From: Candidatus Saccharimonadales bacterium
GTDB lineage: Bacteria > Patescibacteriota > UBA1384 > 2-12-FULL-50-11
Direction: 5' to 3'
Length of the DNA: 64,000 nt
Assembly (NCBI GenBank): GCA_035480235.1
Contig: DATIHX010000009.1
Span: 3,857 to 67,856 of the forward strand
Shown: positions 35,380-45,215 of the stretch, piece after piece
Position numbering within the stretch: the first letter of the stretch is position 1
Layout of the letters: every line of letters begins with the position of its first letter
Made by a program: the position numbers and the translations under genes
The notes under the pieces: generated by a model
Told to the model about the DNA's origin: nothing
Seen by the model: the letters and a program-made list of their open reading frames with translations, nothing else
The model's database searches: none

Positions 35380-36910
35380 ATTTCACTTCTTCCAGCTCAA
35401 AGACGTCGACGACGGCTTCCATGAGGTCGTCTTCGCTTTTGACGGGAATGCTGAGTTCGGTTTTAACCACCGAATCCAAAACCAGCGGTTTGCCGGCGAC
35501 GGTTTCGGCGACTTTTTCCAGTAACTTCCGGTTTTTGATCTCGCCAAGGCGGTCGGCGTAGAACTTGAATTTAACGGCGATAATCAGCTTATCGTCGGTT
35601 AGCTCGGCCAGTTCAGCGGCCCGAACGACGGCGTACAAGGCGTGATTGTGGTTTTTCACTTCGGCGATAAAGCGCGGCCAGAAATCCCCACTATCAGTTG
35701 GTGGGGCAGCAGCTTTGGGCGATTCGGTAACCGCGTCCACCGCTACCGGCGTCTCTTCGGCCGGTTTTTGAATATCCATCGGGGTTGGTTTACCCTGAGC
35801 CTGGTCGAAGGGAGCGTCTTCAGCTTTTTCCGCCACACCAGTTTTGGTAATTGGAATTTCGGTATTGGAATTTGTTTGTGATTTGGGATTTGGAGTTTGA
35901 AGTTTTCCGCTTTGCTGCAGCAGCCGGGCCACCAGTAAAGCGGTTGGATCGGCCGAGACCCGGGCCCGGGCCAGAGTGGCTAAAAGCATCTCCAACAAGT
36001 CGGCGGTTTGGCCGAGCGCTGCCGGGTCGCTGGCGCCCAGTAACTCTTCCCGTAATTCGTCGGCGACGGCTTTCACCAAAACCGCTAGGTCACTACCCGT
36101 CGCCAAGGCTTCGGTTAATAATCTTTTGACGGCCGTTTGGTCGCCGGTAATCAGCGCTATTTTCAGAGCCGCCACCGTTTCGCCGGGCGGCAAACCCAAG
36201 AGCACCCGCACCGCCCCGGCATTTAAATCGGCCGCGCCGCTCAAACTGCCAAGGAGCGTTAAGGCGTCGCGGAACGAGCCCTCGGCCCGGCGGGTAATTA
36301 AATTTAAGCCCTCGTCATCTAGAGTAATTTTTTCCTGCTTGGCGATGGCTTTTAAGACGCCGAGCAAAGCTTCCGGCGAGGCCCGGTGAAACTGGTAGCG
36401 CTGGCAGCGGGAAACGATCGTCACCGGCACTTTTTGCAACTCGGTGGTGGCTAGAATAAAAATGACGTGGGCTGGCGGCTCTTCCAGGGTTTTCAGTAAA
36501 GCATTGAAGGCTGAAGTAGAAAGCATATGGACTTCGTCGATGATGTAAACCTTGTATTTAGCACTGCTTGGCGCGAAGCCGACCTTTTCCCGCAACTCAC
36601 GGATATCGTCCACCCCGTTATTAGAGGCGGCATCAATCTCAATGACGTCCAACAGCTGGCCGTTATCAAACTGGAGGCAGATCTCGCACTGCCCACACGG
36701 CTCACCGGCCTTTGAGCGGTTTTGGCAATTAACCGCCCGGGCCAGCAGCCGAGCTAGGCTGGTTTTGCCGGTGCCGCGCGGGCCGGAGAACAAATAGGCG
36801 TGGCCCACCGAGTTGTTGGTGAGTGAATTGGTAATGGCCGTAATTAAATGGTCTTGGCCGACGACCTCGGAGAATTTAGTGGGACGGTAGGTTCGGTAAA
36901 GCGATGACAT
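35378..36910 (-). CDS. dnaX: DNA polymerase III subunit gamma/tau
   Basis: Walker A GPRGTGKTS, a Zn module (CQNRSKAGEPCGQCEIC), DEVHML and SRCQ. Start trimmed to the ATG at 36910. Confidence 0.9.
   Translation of the reverse strand: MSSLYRTYRPTKFSEVVGQDHLITAITNSLTNNSVGHAYLFSGPRGTGKTSLARLLARAVNCQNRSKAGEPCGQCEICLQFDNGQLLDVIEIDAASNNGVDDIRELREKVGFAPSSAKYKVYIIDEVHMLSTSAFNALLKTLEEPPAHVIFILATTELQKVPVTIVSRCQRYQFHRASPEALLGVLKAIAKQEKITLDDEGLNLITRRAEGSFRDALTLLGSLSGAADLNAGAVRVLLGLPPGETVAALKIALITGDQTAVKRLLTEALATGSDLAVLVKAVADELREELLGASDPAALGQTADLLEMLLATLARARVSADPTALLVARLLQQSGKLQTPNPKSQTNSNTEIPITKTGVAEKAEDAPFDQAQGKPTPMDIQKPAEETPVAVDAVTESPKAAAPPTDSGDFWPRFIAEVKNHNHALYAVVRAAELAELTDDKLIIAVKFKFYADRLGEIKNRKLLEKVAETVAGKPLVLDSVVKTELSIPVKSEDDLMEAVVDVFELEEVK
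35846..35910. repeat. in-frame heptamer-repeat module (dnaX linker copy)
   Basis: ggtaattggaatttcggtattggaatttgtttgtgatttgggatttggagtttgaagttttccgc. It encodes KLQTPNPKSQTNSNTEIPITK. Confidence 0.65.
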
Positions 36911-37012
36911 GACACAATTGACCGTGCCACAAAACTCCCCGTTTGTCATCAGTTGCTTGGCGCCCTGACGAGGCGTAGAATGAGCCCTGAGCCCAAACGG
37001 GCAGGAGGAAAA

Positions 37013-37630
37013 ATGGCTATTGCCAGCGATCTAACGAGAGTCGGGTCGCGCCAGTTGGCCGACCCCTGTTCAAACAGCTTGTCCCTTGAAAAAGTATTCA
37101 TCGACAATCGCCATCGCTTCGTCGGCCGGGCCGATGTTATCGTCCACGATCGGGAATTGGCCGAGGACGTTGTCGAGCTAGCTTGGCTAAGGGCCGCGCG
37201 ACGACTCGCCACCAATGGGCTGCGCGCCAAATCATACGGTACCTACGTTGACTAGATCAACAAGGCGATCAAATGGGTAGCGATCGAGCAACTTCGCCGA
37301 AAAAAGCCGGACGAACCGTTGGAGTGCCATACCCACTTAACCAGCCTGGACAGCGCCGATCCCGAAGCAACGTTACTGAAAAGCGAGAATCGGCGGGTAC
37401 TCGCAGCCGCCGTTGCTCGGTTGTCCGAGCCACATCGCCGGGCTATCCAACTGTTCTACCTGGGGGGGCTGAACTACGAGGAGGCCGCCCAAATGGAGGG
37501 GATCGGTATGGTGTGTTTTAAGAGCCGGCTTGATCGAGCTCGTCGTCAGCTCTTTCAACTTCTTAAGGCGAGCGATCTGGTTGCCGGCGAGGTGCCGGAC
37601 AAACGACCAAACTTCCGAACGCGCCGTTAA
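37013..37630 (+). pseudogene. ECF-type sigma-70 factor interrupted by a single in-frame TAG (37253-37255)
   Basis: AGGAGGAAAA RBS before the ATG at 37013. Track ORFs 36953..37255 and 37319..37630 are in the same frame. Region 2 (AEDVVELAWLRAARRL) precedes the stop and region 4 (LSEPHRRAIQLFYLGGLNYEEAAQMEGI) follows it. Confidence 0.7.
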
Positions 37631-37687
37631 CGACGGCGCTTTTTTAATTTTTTAGCGAATACGCTAGGATGAAATAAGGAGGGGATT

Positions 37688-39580
37688 TTGGCCGTTACCA
37701 ACGACGTCATTAAGCGCATCAGTAAGATCACCGGCAAGCCGACGTTCAAAACGCGGGCCTACTTAAAGGCGGCCACCGATGCCGTCGGCCAAGCCTTGAG
37801 CGAGGGCGACAAAGTAACCCTCGAGGCGTTAGGCGAATTCAAACTGCTCCGGCTGCCGGAACGGCAAGTTAAAACCAATTTTGCCGGCAAAAACCAGACG
37901 ATCAAGTTGGCGGCTACCCTCACCCCAGATTTTGAGCTGGCCAGCGCCTTGAAGGGGCAACTGAAAACCGCCGCCCCAACTGCCGCCCAAAGTGCCGGCG
38001 ACAGCCCGGATTTTCGCCTGGGCAACTTGAGCACCCGCGGCAGCGACGTCCAGTTTATCGAGCTAACTGGCAAAACCATCCCGAAAAACCTTTTGTCGTT
38101 GGTGCCGGAAGCCATCGCCCGCAAATATCAAATAGTGCCGTTTTTACTCGAAGGCAAAACGCTTTCAGTGGCGATGACCGACCCGGAAAACGAAGAGGCC
38201 TTCAACGCTATCCGCAAATCCAGCGGCAAAATTATTAAGCCGTTTTTAACTACTGAAAGCGAAATCTCCCCGATCCTCGACCAGTATTCTTCTTTAACCA
38301 ATGAGTTGAAAGATTTAGTGAAAAGCGGCGATCAGGAAGACGAGACGGCGGCCAAAACCAAGAAAACTGAAGAAGACGACAATCTCACCGCCGGCTCGCC
38401 GGCCGCCAAAATCGTCTCGTCGCTCTTGAAGCGTTCAGTTCGCGAGGGCGCCTCCGATATTCACATCGAGCCCGGCGACGACGAAGTGGTCGTCCGCTTC
38501 CGCATCGACGGCGTGCTGCGGAAAATTTTAACTCTGCCTAAAGACGTTCAACCGGCTTTAACCAGCCGGGTAAAAATCTTGGCCAACTTAAAAATTGACG
38601 AGAACCGGCTGCCCCAAGACGGCCGGATCCAAATTTTGCTGGACGCCGAGAAAATCGATTTCCGAATTTCGACCATCCCGACAGTCAGCGGCGAGAAAAT
38701 TGTCGCCCGGGTGTTGGCCCACGCCAAAGGCGTGATGAGTTTTGAAGACCAGGGTCTACGCGGCCGCAACCTCCAGGTTTTGGAAGACAACACCAAAAAA
38801 GCCCACGGCATGACGCTGGTCACTGGCCCGACCGGCAGCGGTAAATCCACCACGCTCTACGCCATCATCAACAAAATTAAAAGCGACGGCATCAACATTA
38901 TCACCATGGAAGACCCGGTTGAGTACCGGATGCCGGGCATCAACCAAAGCCAGGTCAACGCCAAAATCGGCTTTACCTTCGCCACCGGTTTGCGGTCGAT
39001 TTTGCGCCAAGACCCAGACGTGGTGATGGTGGGCGAAATCCGCGACCGTGAGACCGCCGATATTGCCATTAACGCCGCCTTAACCGGCCACATCGTCATC
39101 TCTAGTTTGCACACCAACGACTCGGCCGGCGCTATCCCCCGCTTGCTTGATATGGGCATTGAGCCGTTTTTGATTACCTCTTCAACCAACGCCGTCATCG
39201 CTCAGCGGTTGTGCCGGAAAATTTGCGACCAGTGCCGAATCGAGACCGAAGTCGACCCGAGCGTCATCGCCACCATCAAAAGTGATCTCGAGGCCTTGCC
39301 AACCGCCGATAAGCAACAGGCCGCCAAAAAAAATAAATTTTACAAGGGCCAGGGCTGCGCTAATTGCGGCAACACCGGCTACAAAGGGCGGATCGGCATT
39401 TTCGAGATAATGGCGGTGGACGACAAAATTAAAGAGCTGACGCTCAAACGGGCGACGGCCGGCGATTTGATGAACCAAGCCCGGGCCGAAGGCATGACGA
39501 CGATGCGCCAAGACGGCATTTTGAAAGCACTCGACGGCATCACCACCATCGAGGAAGTTTGGCGAGTGACCAAGGAATAA
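37688..39580 (+). CDS. pilB: type IV pilus assembly ATPase PilB/GspE with an N-terminal HU/IHF-like domain
   Basis: AAGGAGGGG RBS and TTG start. Residues 1-95 are HU-like, followed by a GSPII_E_N-like segment, Walker A GPTGSGKST, and a tetracysteine cluster CRKICDQC...GCANCGNTGY. Confidence 0.9.
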   Translation: MAVTNDVIKRISKITGKPTFKTRAYLKAATDAVGQALSEGDKVTLEALGEFKLLRLPERQVKTNFAGKNQTIKLAATLTPDFELASALKGQLKTAAPTAAQSAGDSPDFRLGNLSTRGSDVQFIELTGKTIPKNLLSLVPEAIARKYQIVPFLLEGKTLSVAMTDPENEEAFNAIRKSSGKIIKPFLTTESEISPILDQYSSLTNELKDLVKSGDQEDETAAKTKKTEEDDNLTAGSPAAKIVSSLLKRSVREGASDIHIEPGDDEVVVRFRIDGVLRKILTLPKDVQPALTSRVKILANLKIDENRLPQDGRIQILLDAEKIDFRISTIPTVSGEKIVARVLAHAKGVMSFEDQGLRGRNLQVLEDNTKKAHGMTLVTGPTGSGKSTTLYAIINKIKSDGINIITMEDPVEYRMPGINQSQVNAKIGFTFATGLRSILRQDPDVVMVGEIRDRETADIAINAALTGHIVISSLHTNDSAGAIPRLLDMGIEPFLITSSTNAVIAQRLCRKICDQCRIETEVDPSVIATIKSDLEALPTADKQQAAKKNKFYKGQGCANCGNTGYKGRIGIFEIMAVDDKIKELTLKRATAGDLMNQARAEGMTTMRQDGILKALDGITTIEEVWRVTKE

Positions 39581-40785
39581 TGGCTAATTTCTCTTACCGG
39601 GTTCGCCAACCCGGCACCAAAAAAGTTCTAACCGGCCAAGTGGAAGCGGCGACAGCTGGCGACGCCAACCGGCTGCTCCATCAGCAAGATTACGTCGTCT
39701 TGGCCCTGGATTTAGGCGAATCGAGTGGCGGCCGCTTCAGTTTTAAACGCCACAAGGTAGCGCTCAAAGAAAAAATCATCTTCACTCGCCAATTGGGGGT
39801 AATGATTAAAGCCGGCCTGCCGATTATTAAGGCTTTGGAGGCGCTGGGCGAGCAGAGCGAAAGCCGGTACTTCCAAACTGTCGTGGCCGATTTAGTAATA
39901 ATGATTAAGGGCGGTCAGACGCTCTCCAAGGCCCTGCAAAAATACCCGGCGGTTTTTGGCGAAGTTTATGTGGCCGTCATTCAGGCTGGCGAAGAAAGCG
40001 GCCAGCTCTCGGAGGTACTCGTTCATTTGGCCGAACAGCAAGAGAAAGACGCCGCAATTATCGGTAAAGTCCGCGGGGCCCTGATTTACCCGGCAGTGAT
40101 TTTGGTGGCGCTCATTGGCGTTATCGGGTTGGTAACGTTTTACGTGCTGCCCAGCCTGAAAGGCGTCTTCAAAGATTTAGGCGGTCAGTTGCCGCTTTCC
40201 ACCCGACTGTTGTTTGGTGCCAGCAATTTTCTCATTCACGATTATTGGCTGTTGGCGATCATTATTATCGGGCTTTATGTACTACTTCGTTACCTGGTTC
40301 ATCGGCCAGGCGGCCGGTATTGGGCCGACAAAATTAAACTACGTTTGCCGATTTTCGGTTCTTTAACCAAAAAACTTTACATGGCCCGATTCGCCCGGAC
40401 CATGGCGATGTTAGTGAAAGCCAGTTTGCCAATTTTAGACTCGTTAAAAATCGTCCGCAAAACCATTAATAACCAAGCCTACGACGGCCCGTTTACCGAA
40501 ATTAGCCGGGCGGTTGAGGCCGGCAAACCGCTCTCCGCCGCCCTGAAAGAGCAATCAATTTTCCCGCCGATGGTTTACCAGCTCTTGAGCCTGGGCGAGG
40601 AGTCGGGTGATCTGGAGCCAGTTTTCAGCGAAGTGGCTAATTTCTACGAAACCGAAGTGGACGACATCACCAAAAACATCGCCACTTTAATTGAGCCAAT
40701 TATGATTATCGCCATGGGGCTGGGCGTAGCCTTTGTGGTGGTGGCGGTCTTGGGGCCGATTTACGGCCTGGTTAATAAGTTCTAA
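39580..40785 (+). CDS. pilC: type IV pilus platform protein PilC/GspF
   Basis: Two GspF repeats (FTRQLGVMIKAGLPI... and ARFARTMAMLVKASLPI...). The ATG overlaps the pilB stop (TAATG). Confidence 0.9.
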   Translation: MANFSYRVRQPGTKKVLTGQVEAATAGDANRLLHQQDYVVLALDLGESSGGRFSFKRHKVALKEKIIFTRQLGVMIKAGLPIIKALEALGEQSESRYFQTVVADLVIMIKGGQTLSKALQKYPAVFGEVYVAVIQAGEESGQLSEVLVHLAEQQEKDAAIIGKVRGALIYPAVILVALIGVIGLVTFYVLPSLKGVFKDLGGQLPLSTRLLFGASNFLIHDYWLLAIIIIGLYVLLRYLVHRPGGRYWADKIKLRLPIFGSLTKKLYMARFARTMAMLVKASLPILDSLKIVRKTINNQAYDGPFTEISRAVEAGKPLSAALKEQSIFPPMVYQLLSLGEESGDLEPVFSEVANFYETEVDDITKNIATLIEPIMIIAMGLGVAFVVVAVLGPIYGLVNKF

Positions 40786-41165
40786 TGCGGCGGGCTTTCA
40801 CGCTCATTGAAACCCTCATCGCCATCGCCGTTTTTTCGCTGGGGGTGTTAATTTTGTTCGACGGCTTTACGCTCTCGCTCCGTTACAGCCGGGCCAGCCG
40901 TGACACAGCGGTGGCTACTCACGCTGCCGAGCAAGCCGTTGAGCAAATCCGTTTAAGCGGCTTTACGGCGCTCGCCATCAACACCAACCCGTCGCCGATC
41001 GCCGTGAGCGGCCTCGACCAAGGGCAGCAAAAAACCTTCGTCGATCTTTACAGCGGCAACGCCAACATTAAACAAGTGACGGTAGAGATTTATTACCGGA
41101 CGCGGCCGGAGAGCCAAGCGATCAGCCTGACCACTTTGGTCAGCCAGAACGGCATTCATGGCTAA
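40785..41165 (+). CDS. prepilin-type N-terminal domain protein (pilin/pseudopilin, 126 aa)
   Basis: MRRAFTLIETLIAIAVFSLGVL, a class III signal with Ala at -1 and Glu at +5. Confidence 0.8.
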   Translation: MRRAFTLIETLIAIAVFSLGVLILFDGFTLSLRYSRASRDTAVATHAAEQAVEQIRLSGFTALAINTNPSPIAVSGLDQGQQKTFVDLYSGNANIKQVTVEIYYRTRPESQAISLTTLVSQNGIHG

Positions 41166-41763
41166 GCAACGAGCATTTACGGTGATCGAACTACTGACGG
41201 CCGGCACTATCGGCATCGTGGTCGCGACGGTAGTCGGTTACGGCATCGTTCAGGGCTGGCGGGCTTTCTTAAACCAACAAGACCAGAGCGAACTCGACCG
41301 CGCTAACCGCTCAACGATTAACCAAATCGAGACCCAAGCCCGCGGCGCCACTGGTGTCATCCCGGCCGTGACCATCGCTGGCACCTTATACCAAAGCGAC
41401 GCAACCGACGTCGTCCTCCACCTCACCCCCATCGACAGCGCCGGCAATTTCTTAACGACCGGCGACGACTATCTGGTTTTTCGGCTCCGGCCCACCACCA
41501 CTGACACCGTGGAAGAAATGTTGCTGCCCGACCCAGCCAGCGCCCGCCTTAACTGGCCGTCGCCCGTAACCTTGAATAGTCTCTCTACCCAATTCCAGGT
41601 GCGCTATTTCACCGCCGGCGGCACCGAACTAATCCCCGGCACCGACGATTTAAGCGCCAGCGCCCAACTGACTGTCACCTCCCAGCTCGGCAAAACCGGC
41701 GCTTTGGGCAACAACAGCCAGACGCTCTCCACCAACATTTTCTTCCGCAATAAAACCACATGA
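41158..41763 (+). CDS. prepilin-type N-terminal domain protein (201 aa)
   Basis: MAKQRAFTVIELLTAGTIGIVV. Confidence 0.75.
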   Translation: MAKQRAFTVIELLTAGTIGIVVATVVGYGIVQGWRAFLNQQDQSELDRANRSTINQIETQARGATGVIPAVTIAGTLYQSDATDVVLHLTPIDSAGNFLTTGDDYLVFRLRPTTTDTVEEMLLPDPASARLNWPSPVTLNSLSTQFQVRYFTAGGTELIPGTDDLSASAQLTVTSQLGKTGALGNNSQTLSTNIFFRNKTT

Positions 41764-43556
41764 AGCCGTTGCTCAACCCCCACCACGCTTTTCCAAAACC
41801 GCGCCAAGGCGGCTACATTCTGGTTTTCACCTTATCGGTGATGGCCTTAATTCTCCTCTTGACCGGCGTCACCCTGAACTTTGTCGGCAGCGATAATAGT
41901 TTCAATTACCAAACCTACCGGCGAGCCCAAGCCTTGAGCCTGGCCGAAGCCGGGGTGGATAAGGCCGTGGTCCAGCTTAACTCGAACGTCAATTACGCCG
42001 GCGAAACTAATACCCCGCTCGGACCGGGCACCTTCACTGCCGCCGTTACCACGGTGGACAGCTTCACCAAAAATATCGTCGTCACCGGTTATATTCCGAA
42101 CGCTAGCAACCCGAAAGCCCAACAAAGTGTCCGCAGTCAGTTAACTTTTAACGGCTGGGGCGTCTCGTTCCCCTACGCCCTGCAGGTCGGCGCCGGCGGC
42201 TTGCAGATGGATCAAAACGCCTCGGTTAGCGGCGACTTATACTCGAACGGCGTCGTCCACGGCGCCAGCGGTGCCACCATCACCGGCAAAGCCACCGTTG
42301 CCGCCAGCTCGGCCCAAACCGCTGACCAAGAATGGCTCGACCAAAGCGGTGATTTCAGTTTTGGCAACACCAGCGCCACCGCCGCGGCCGCCCAAAGTTT
42401 TATTCCAACCGTTACCGATAAATTAACCCAAATCAATCTTTACCTGAAAAAGGTCGGCACGCCCGGCAAAATCAACCTCCGAATCTTAACCGACAATAAC
42501 GGCGTGCCCAGCAAAACCGTCGTCGACTCGGCCAGTATTAACGCTAACCAAGTCTCCACCAACTCCGCTTTCGTCAATACGGTTATGAAAACGCCGCAAA
42601 CCTTAACGGCCGATCAAAAATATTGGCTGGAGCTCGACACCGGCGTCAACGCCACCAAATATTACCAGTGGGGCTTCGACGCCGACAACGACTTCCCCGG
42701 CAACACTGGCGTCTTCTCCAACGACTGGAACCCGCCTAACCCGGTTTGGAACGCCGCTAACGGCGATATGATGTTCCAAACGATTATGGGTTCAAGCAAG
42801 GCCTCGCTTTCCAAGCTAGCGGTGGGCGGCGACGCGCTGGCAAACAGTTTGAAAGACTGCACGGTCGGCGGCTCGGCCTACTACCAAATCATCAACAACT
42901 GCCCGGTCACTGGCACGCTCAACCCCGGCAGCACCTCGCCAACGCCTACCACCTTCCCGATTAGCCAAACCCAAATTACCGGTTGGGAGAACTGGGCCCA
43001 AGGCAATCAAGTGATCGCCGGGCCTTACACGGTTAGCGGCGCTGTGGCGCTTGGCCCAGGCGAGATTAACGGCGATTTAATTATTAACGGCGCCTTAACG
43101 CTGCGCGGCGCCCTCTGGGTTAACGGCAAAATTATCTTTAACAGCGGCTCGTCGCTGACCGTTGACAGCTCGCTTGGCAGCGGTAGCGCCATGATTATCG
43201 CCGACAAAACCAGCGACCACGTTACGAGCAGCACCATTTTCGTCAACCAAAACGTGACGATGACCAGTAATGGCGTGGCGGGTAATTACCTCATGGCCTT
43301 GGCGATGAATAGCGACACTAAAAAAGAAGCGATCGAGCTGAAAAATAACGCCTCGCTTTCGACGATTTTCTACGCCCCGAACGGCTTTATCGACGTCCAC
43401 AACAACGTCAGCGCCAGCAATCTTGTCGCCTACAAACTGCACCTCCATAACAATACTCGGGTCACCTATAATCCCGGCAGCACCACCCCCACCTTCAGCG
43501 GCGGCACTCCCACCTGGGCGGCCGTGCCCGGCAGCTGGCGCCAAAGCCTCAACTAA
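41760..43556 (+). CDS. large PilX-like minor pilin / putative pilus-tip protein (598 aa)
   Basis: N-terminal RQGGYILVFTLSVMALILL hydrophobic helix. The rest is Gly/Asn/Ser/Thr-rich and looks beta-rich. Confidence 0.6.
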   Translation: MKPLLNPHHAFPKPRQGGYILVFTLSVMALILLLTGVTLNFVGSDNSFNYQTYRRAQALSLAEAGVDKAVVQLNSNVNYAGETNTPLGPGTFTAAVTTVDSFTKNIVVTGYIPNASNPKAQQSVRSQLTFNGWGVSFPYALQVGAGGLQMDQNASVSGDLYSNGVVHGASGATITGKATVAASSAQTADQEWLDQSGDFSFGNTSATAAAAQSFIPTVTDKLTQINLYLKKVGTPGKINLRILTDNNGVPSKTVVDSASINANQVSTNSAFVNTVMKTPQTLTADQKYWLELDTGVNATKYYQWGFDADNDFPGNTGVFSNDWNPPNPVWNAANGDMMFQTIMGSSKASLSKLAVGGDALANSLKDCTVGGSAYYQIINNCPVTGTLNPGSTSPTPTTFPISQTQITGWENWAQGNQVIAGPYTVSGAVALGPGEINGDLIINGALTLRGALWVNGKIIFNSGSSLTVDSSLGSGSAMIIADKTSDHVTSSTIFVNQNVTMTSNGVAGNYLMALAMNSDTKKEAIELKNNASLSTIFYAPNGFIDVHNNVSASNLVAYKLHLHNNTRVTYNPGSTTPTFSGGTPTWAAVPGSWRQSLN

Positions 43557-43584
43557 GTGTATTCTGGTAAGTAAGGAGGGATGA

Positions 43585-44673
43585 GTGAGTGCAGGAGTAG
43601 TTGGGGTGGACATCGCCTACGAAGCCGTCAAGATTTGCGGCTTGGTTAAAAAAGGCGCCCGTTACCAGTTAATCGGTCTGAACTGGGCGGCAATCCCCAA
43701 AGACAGTTGGGGCGCTGATCAGTTGAAAAACCGCGACGAGATCGCCCGGGTCTTGGTTGACGCCTTGAAAACGGCTAAACCTGAGCCGATTAAAACCACT
43801 GCGGCGGTAGTCGCCTTGCCGGAAACGGCGGTTTACTCGGCGACGTTCTCGATGCCGGCCTTGAGCCGGGCCGAGCTGACCCAAGCTTTACCGTTTGAGA
43901 TCGGCGAACGATTGGCCATTAACCCGGATGAATATTATTTTGATTACGAAACGCTCTCCAGCGCCTGCCAGCCGCTCGGCGACACCGTCGGCTCACCGGC
44001 TGGCAGCGCTCCGACGCTGCCCCGCCCGGGCCCGACTACTGATGCTGGCAGCAAAACCAAAGCGCTTGATAGCGCGCGAGCTGCGAGTAAAACCGCTGCC
44101 CCGAGCCAAAAGGCCGGGACCCCCCAGATGGCCGTTTTCGCCGTTGCCGCCAAACGAACACTGGTTGATTCGGTGATCGACTGCCTCCACCAAGCCGGCT
44201 TGACGGTCAGCGGCATCGATATTAAAGCCGGGGCAATTATTAACGCCCTCCTGCCCCGCGATGACAAAAAAATGCGGCTGATCGTTGATTTGGGCGCCGG
44301 CACTACTGGCATCGCGGTCGGCGAAGGCAAGGCCATTCACCTCATTTCCTCGGTGCCGATCGGCACCAGAGGCCTGGGCGATAACGACTTGGCCGGCTTC
44401 CAACAGGTCGCCGCGCCGATTTTTGACGAACTGGTCCATGCCACCAAATTCTTTGAAAACCGGATGTGCCCGGGCCGAAAAATCGAGGAAATAATTATTA
44501 TCGGCGGCTCGGCCACCATCACCGGCCTGAGCGAATTTTTCACCACTCAAACCGGCCTGAAAACGGTCGTCGGCAACCCGTTTGGCCAAATCGACACCCA
44601 CCGCTACCCGATTCCCGACGAATTTATCCACAAATTTGCCGACAGTATCGGCTGCGCGATGAGGAAATTCTGA
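43585..44673 (+). CDS. pilM: PilM-like actin-fold pilus assembly protein with a Pro/Ala-rich insert
   Basis: VGVDIAYEAVKICGL...DLGAGTTGIAV...IIIGGSATITGL. GTG start after AGGAGG. Confidence 0.75.
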   Translation: MSAGVVGVDIAYEAVKICGLVKKGARYQLIGLNWAAIPKDSWGADQLKNRDEIARVLVDALKTAKPEPIKTTAAVVALPETAVYSATFSMPALSRAELTQALPFEIGERLAINPDEYYFDYETLSSACQPLGDTVGSPAGSAPTLPRPGPTTDAGSKTKALDSARAASKTAAPSQKAGTPQMAVFAVAAKRTLVDSVIDCLHQAGLTVSGIDIKAGAIINALLPRDDKKMRLIVDLGAGTTGIAVGEGKAIHLISSVPIGTRGLGDNDLAGFQQVAAPIFDELVHATKFFENRMCPGRKIEEIIIIGGSATITGLSEFFTTQTGLKTVVGNPFGQIDTHRYPIPDEFIHKFADSIGCAMRKF

Positions 44674-45215
44674 TGCTCAATTTATTGCCACCGACCGTTA
44701 AAAACGAGGTGATTGTCCGGGCTAAAAGCGCCAACCTGATTTTCGGCTACGGCATTGCCTTAGCGGCTATCGCTTTATTCTTAGGCGGTTTTTTTGCCTA
44801 TAACTTCAGCCAAGCCTCAGCGCTCGGCGACAAAGAATCGCAGTTGACTACCCTCTCAACTCAACGCCAGCGGGTCTCTAGCCAAGCGACCAAACTGGCC
44901 TTTATCCAAGATCGTTTGACGGTAGCCAAACAATTTCAGGAGAAAACCGACTGGGCGACGCTTTTAAATGCCATCGCCAGCGACACGCCGCAAAGCCTGC
45001 AGCTCACCGATTTGAAGGTGACGACCGACGCCACCAAAGGGACGCTCGTTAACATCACCGGCCAAAGCACCAACCGGCGGGACATCGTCCTTTTCCAAGA
45101 GAAATTAGCCGCCGAAAAAACCCTAACCAACGTGACAATTCAATCGATGACCGAAAGCGGCGATAGCGCCAAAACTATCACCTTTATTATTCAGGCTGGG
45201 GTGGGAACGCACTGA
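44673..45215 (+). CDS. pilN: PilN-like protein
   Basis: MLNLLPPTVKNE followed by a TM helix. The ATG overlaps the pilM stop (TGATG). Track ORF trimmed from 44466. Confidence 0.65.
   Translation: MLNLLPPTVKNEVIVRAKSANLIFGYGIALAAIALFLGGFFAYNFSQASALGDKESQLTTLSTQRQRVSSQATKLAFIQDRLTVAKQFQEKTDWATLLNAIASDTPQSLQLTDLKVTTDATKGTLVNITGQSTNRRDIVLFQEKLAAEKTLTNVTIQSMTESGDSAKTITFIIQAGVGTH

Noticed and set aside
35378-36910. Programmed -1 frameshift site in dnaX (tau/gamma).
   Set aside because: No A-AAA-AAG-type slippery heptamer with a downstream hairpin was found in the coding strand.
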